A stretch of 64,000 nt of DNA from Bdellovibrio sp. (GTDB lineage Bacteria; Bdellovibrionota; Bdellovibrionia; Bdellovibrionales; Bdellovibrionaceae), in the NCBI GenBank assembly GCA_036676395.1, contig JAKFCY010000002.1:832001-896000 (forward strand). The letters run 5' to 3'. This document shows positions 60,169 to 64,000 of this stretch, one piece after another. The first letter of the stretch is position 1. Every line of letters begins with the position of its first letter. A model generated the notes under the pieces. It did not search any database. It was given only the letters and a program-made list of their open reading frames with translations, and had not been told where the DNA came from. The position numbers and the translations under genes are program-made.

Positions 60169-60390
60169 GAAGAGCTCCTTTTGATGTAAGAATAGTTTAG
60201 AGGAGTTGCTTTCAAAAGGGCATCATGTCGGGCGTTAATCTGTTGTATTAAAAATACTTATGGCAAAATGCGAAGCTGGTGGCTCAGTGTTTTCTGAAAC
60301 CAGCGAAGAAAAGTTTGTGATAGGTTGGGTTCGCTCACTTTGGGCTCTACGACTGTAGATGGGAGCGGGCTTGTTGTACTTCTCTATATA

Positions 60391-60405
60391 GCAATGAGCT
60401 TGCCA
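60391..60405 (-). promoter_or_regulatory. Sigma54-type promoter
   Basis: Minus strand TGGCAAGCTCATTGC(T), close to the TGGCAC-N5-TTGC consensus. Confidence 0.6.
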
Positions 60406-60651
60406 AGTTTCTCATAATGAGATTTTTTAATTAAATCATACACTTACATGACTGGTGCCACGATGGAACTTCTTGGTCCAAAAAATTCCTCATATAAATA
60501 GAGAAACTGGGATCAAAAGGTAACACGGCACCAAGTGTGTCAGGGGTGTTATCGTTTTTTGTCAAAGAGCTGTTTTAATCTCGAAGTGATACGGCCAAGT
60601 CTAATATATGCGAGCAAACTTGGTCATAAAGTTGAAATAATGTATTTTGAC

Positions 60652-61296
60652 ATGAAATTAAACTACTTCTTACGCTTTATTATGTTTGTTTTTATTGGTG
60701 CTGCCTTAAATGCGTGCGCACCTAAAAAATCAGAAGACTGTGGTTTTGTTCAGAATGTTTATGGCCAAAGAATTTCATGGAAATCATCTTCACCAATTCA
60801 ATTATATGTTAGCCAAAATGTTCCGGCGTCTTTAAGACCTGCGATTCACCGTGCTGCGGCAAGCTGGGAGCAAACGTTAGGGCGCAAAGTTTTTGAAGTG
60901 ATTGAAGAAAATTCTTCACAAACTTCGACGCCAGGTCGAGATAAGAAAAATGGTATTTACTTTTTATCGCAATGGGAGTCAGATAGAAAGTCTGAGCAAG
61001 GTCGCACGTCAGTCTACTGGGCTGGAGATGAGATTCAAGAAGCTGATATCCGTATCAATTCTGCAGATTTTAACTATTACGATCAGAACCCTCAACAACT
61101 TGTAAGAACAGCTAGCAATAAAACCTCGGCAGGGTATAACTTCGAGGCGCTGGTTCTGCACGAGTTAGGTCACTTTTTGGGTCTGAAACATCGCGAAAGC
61201 ATGGGCACGGTAATGGCAAAAGAACTTGGCGCCTACTCAGACAGAATCAAATTGGCCTCGGTCGATGCTGAATCTGTACAATGTGAATATAAATAA
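60652..61296 (+). CDS. Matrixin-family (M10-like) zinc metalloprotease lipoprotein
   Basis: HELGHFLGLKH, Met-turn TVM, lipobox LNAC. Start uncertain. Confidence 0.88.
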   Translation: MKLNYFLRFIMFVFIGAALNACAPKKSEDCGFVQNVYGQRISWKSSSPIQLYVSQNVPASLRPAIHRAAASWEQTLGRKVFEVIEENSSQTSTPGRDKKNGIYFLSQWESDRKSEQGRTSVYWAGDEIQEADIRINSADFNYYDQNPQQLVRTASNKTSAGYNFEALVLHELGHFLGLKHRESMGTVMAKELGAYSDRIKLASVDAESVQCEYK

Positions 61297-61333
61297 TTGA
61301 AGTAAGAAAAAAAGAGAAGAAGAGAGAATAGAT

Positions 61334-61552
61334 ATGAAAAATTTAAATCAAACACAAGAATCAAAAGCACAAATCACTGAACCAACAGTGTTACCTGATT
61401 TAAATATGTCTGTTTACAATGAATTACATGATCAAACTCAAAGTTCGGTAAATGTATTAGCGATGATTAACGAGCAATTTAAGCAAATCCATGAAATGGG
61501 TAAACGTCGTTCGTTATTGTTAAAAGAAGTTTCAGGATATTTAGTTAAATAA
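61334..61552 (+). CDS. Small hypothetical protein
   Basis: 72-aa ORF after a purine-rich leader, followed by a terminator. Confidence 0.6.
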   Translation: MKNLNQTQESKAQITEPTVLPDLNMSVYNELHDQTQSSVNVLAMINEQFKQIHEMGKRRSLLLKEVSGYLVK

Positions 61553-61573
61553 TTTCTTAAATTTAGTTTAGGC

Positions 61574-61606
61574 AAAAAAAAGAGAGCTTGTAGCTCTCTT
61601 TTTTTT
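61574..61606. terminator. Bidirectional terminator
   Basis: A-tract-AGAGAGC-TTGTA-GCTCTCT-T-tract between convergent genes. Confidence 0.8.
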
Positions 61607-62318
61607 AGCTTTCTTCGTCAAAGCGAAGAGATTCTAATTTCGGAATAAAGAATCTGACGTAATCGCCTTGGCGTTCGCGGGTCATACCTTCTGAAGCCAC
61701 TGGGCGTTCGAATTTAAATTCTTCGTGAAATGTTTGAAAGTTATTCGTGCTGGTTTTTTTTATGCCCTCATCGACTGAATCCTGAAATTTTCTTTTTCCA
61801 GAAATAGTCGCGCGGTTATTAGCTACAGACATTCTCAAATTATCTTTTTCATGCTCTGGTGCATAGGCTTCAATAACATACCCATCGTTCATTTCAGAAA
61901 CGCGGCTACCGCGATCTTGCACTTTGTAGAATTGATCGGTTTCTTTAGTTACGTAATTTTGCACCATCGGTGCTGGCTTTTCAGTAGAGATTGAGCGGGC
62001 GCTGGCTACTGAAGCTTGATTGCCTTGGTTGTTATTACTTTTTTGTTGAACATCTTTACGGCTGTAAGTAGCCGCTTTTATTTCCTGACGTTCAGCTTTG
62101 AGAGCTTCATTGTTTTCGTTAGCATCGTTTTTGATATGATTGATCGCCGCTGCAGAGTCTTGATCAATTTCTTTGCTTAACTCAATGTACTTAGCTTTAA
62201 GATTTTTCAAATCATCGCGCTGAGCTTCGGCGAGTTGTTTTTTACGTTCAGTTTTTTCTTGCTGAACTTGCTGTATGTTGTCTTGCGATTGTCTTCGAAT
62301 TTGTATTGAATCTGCCAT
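61605..62318 (-). CDS. Coiled-coil protein with C-terminal Hsp20/alpha-crystallin-like domain
   Basis: E..DGYVIEAYAP...DNLRMSV....TISGKR...F.EEFKF..PV...IPK. Confidence 0.65.
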   Translation of the reverse strand: MADSIQIRRQSQDNIQQVQQEKTERKKQLAEAQRDDLKNLKAKYIELSKEIDQDSAAAINHIKNDANENNEALKAERQEIKAATYSRKDVQQKSNNNQGNQASVASARSISTEKPAPMVQNYVTKETDQFYKVQDRGSRVSEMNDGYVIEAYAPEHEKDNLRMSVANNRATISGKRKFQDSVDEGIKKTSTNNFQTFHEEFKFERPVASEGMTRERQGDYVRFFIPKLESLRFDEES

Positions 62319-62371
62319 AGATAAAGCATAGCAAAACTTGTCTCAAAATAAGACGGGCAGAAAGTCTAGAT

Positions 62372-62656
62372 TTAGGGAGCTGTAGGCGTCGTGGCAGCTT
62401 GTGCGGGTTCGCGCTTTTCAGGTTGCACACAGTGTGATTTAAAGTCACTTGTGCGGCCTTTACAGCGCCAAGTCTGCGTGTAGCTGATGGTTTCGTCTGG
62501 CTTTAAGGTAAAAAAAGTAAGGTACTGTTCCGGGTCTAAGGTCGAATCAAACTGTCTGTTTTCGCCGGTTTTTGTATTGGTGATCATCAGTGTGAATACG
62601 CGGTATTCAGCAAAGGTGTTTAGACTCAGTAAAAAAACAAAAAGGAAAGCTTTCAC
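62372..62656 (-). CDS. Small secreted hypothetical protein
   Basis: Signal peptide ..TFA; STLDPEQY, TWRCKGRT. Confidence 0.65.
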   Translation of the reverse strand: MKAFLFVFLLSLNTFAEYRVFTLMITNTKTGENRQFDSTLDPEQYLTFFTLKPDETISYTQTWRCKGRTSDFKSHCVQPEKREPAQAATTPTAP

Positions 62657-62671
62657 TTTCCTTTTATCGGT

Positions 62672-63481
62672 TTACTTTTTAGCTGTCTTGATTTTTTGAT
62701 CCATGGCTTGACGTAATTCTTTTACTTTAGAGCCAATGATACGGTGATTTTTATCAGCGATACTAGAATTTACTAGCACAAAGTCGATATATGGTAAGAG
62801 GGTTTTTACGTTTTCAGCAGATGTGCCCGAAGCTACGCCCAGGGGATGTTTGCCAATAACTGATCTTGCAGCTTTTGCACGTGTTGGATCAGTGGCTACG
62901 CCGGTTTTTGGACCTGTGATCACGATACCATCAACCCAACCCATAGCTTGAATGGCAGAGCGCTCGACAGTTTTAGTGGGGTCAACCGGAGTAGAGTATT
63001 TCATGTGAATCCCACTTACGTAAAATACGTCAGCTGGTTTTAGGGCATCAATAGCATGCAAACTTGTTTCAGGCGCTTCTTTAATTAAATCTACGGCAGA
63101 AAAATCTGTCCAGGCGATTTGTAAATTATGTTTTTTGGCTAATTCAAAAGTCTCTTTGTAGGTCATTAATTTTTCATCAGGGCCTAGTAAATTTACACCA
63201 AAAGTTTTAGTTGGGTATTTTGCCTTGATAGCCCCTAAAGCTTCATCTAATTTTTTGTAATCGCCGGTTTCCCAAACGATGGCATCGGCGCCATTGTTGA
63301 AAGCTTCTTCGCAGTCTTTAAGGTAATCTTCAAGATTGCTGTTTACGTAGCCAACAATCCACATTTGTTTTTTTGTGCCGAACTTTTGCGTGAAAAAATC
63401 ACGACGGGTTTGGTAGTCAGAAGCTTGCATAGGTTGTGAGTATAGAACTAAAGCTGCTAAAAAATAAATAAATACTTTCAT
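62672..63481 (-). CDS. BtpA/SgcQ-family TIM-barrel protein with signal peptide
   Basis: GADAI, FGVNLL, KY, DGIVITG.KTG, SGTSAENV. Confidence 0.75.
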   Translation of the reverse strand: MKVFIYFLAALVLYSQPMQASDYQTRRDFFTQKFGTKKQMWIVGYVNSNLEDYLKDCEEAFNNGADAIVWETGDYKKLDEALGAIKAKYPTKTFGVNLLGPDEKLMTYKETFELAKKHNLQIAWTDFSAVDLIKEAPETSLHAIDALKPADVFYVSGIHMKYSTPVDPTKTVERSAIQAMGWVDGIVITGPKTGVATDPTRAKAARSVIGKHPLGVASGTSAENVKTLLPYIDFVLVNSSIADKNHRIIGSKVKELRQAMDQKIKTAKK

Positions 63482-63511
63482 GAGATACCTTTCAAAATTT
63501 TTAATTAAAAA

Positions 63512-63880
63512 TTAGTGCGATGAATGATTTTTATTCGAACGCATATTGTTTTCGATAATATAGAAATAAGCTCTGATCAGGCGCTCTTGATCTTCAACTG
63601 ACAAACTTTTTACGTAACTTTGTTTGGCGGTTAACGTTTTGAATTGAAGAAGTTTTAACAAGTCATCCTGAATTTTTTTAAGATTTTCGACTTGAAAAAA
63701 ATCATCTTCAGTAAAGGCTTTTTGGAACACTTCGGCGATGTGGCGGTTGTCAAAAAGCAAATGAACGCCCATTTGGGATTGATCTAAAATTCCTTTTAGA
63801 TTCTTAAGCTGATCGTCATTTAAATAAACTTCTACTTTAGACAAACGAGGGTGTTCCTTCTTAATTAAAAGCCTACTCAC
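63512..63880 (-). CDS. Hypothetical protein
   Basis: 122-aa intact ORF, GTG start. Confidence 0.65.
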   Translation of the reverse strand: MSRLLIKKEHPRLSKVEVYLNDDQLKNLKGILDQSQMGVHLLFDNRHIAEVFQKAFTEDDFFQVENLKKIQDDLLKLLQFKTLTAKQSYVKSLSVEDQERLIRAYFYIIENNMRSNKNHSSH

Positions 63881-64000
63881 TGGATGGGGAGTTTCAATCA
63901 GAATCGATTGACTTTATTAGTCATTCGAATTCTGCTTAGTTGTCGTAGAGTTCAGTGCTATATTTTTGCCATAAAAAGGGATAACACATGAGTAAAGTTG

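Noticed and set aside
60170..60650. c-di-GMP riboswitch
   Set aside because: I could not find the GGCAAAC/GACGCAAAG-type landmarks; kept only as an unassigned structured-RNA candidate.
1..64000. CRISPR array or cas genes
   Set aside because: No regularly spaced repeats and no Cas motifs seen.
63988..64000. Possible CDS start (ATGAGTAAAGTTG) at the window edge
   Set aside because: Only four codons are visible; it cannot be supported.

Overview
AT-rich bacterial chromosome segment, most likely Bdellovibrionota (Bdellovibrio/Pseudobdellovibrio-like). This assignment is an inference from a TIGR02147/DUF4423-like gene, a short PutA, many secreted hypothetical proteins and sigma28-type promoters. 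Recognisable content: a complete kdpFABCDE operon (kdpF is missing from the ORF track), putA, hslO, dinB, mscL, ogt, azlCD, a UPF0016 Mn-exporter gene, two-component genes, many secreted hydrolases and lipoproteins, and one tRNA-Gly(GCC). No integrase, transposase, prophage or CRISPR array is visible. The most notable signal is a set of single genes bracketed by duplicated 3'-end sequence. (i) An 831-aa restriction-endonuclease-like plus PIN-like protein (candidate anti-phage gene) lies behind tRNA-Gly between two identical 54-bp copies of the tRNA terminator region. (ii) A degenerate SodC-like gene lies between hslO and a second, internally deleted copy of the hslO 3' end. (iii) A small secreted-protein gene lies between two ~85-bp inverted repeats. 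Other observations: a miniature yybP-ykoY-like leader, a recurrent GTCTCA-N3-TGAGAC palindrome, apparently leaderless sigma28 transcripts, a probable CTG start codon, a 47-bp intergenic repeat and a candidate sigma54-driven structured RNA. All protein family calls come from reading motifs by eye; no searches were run.
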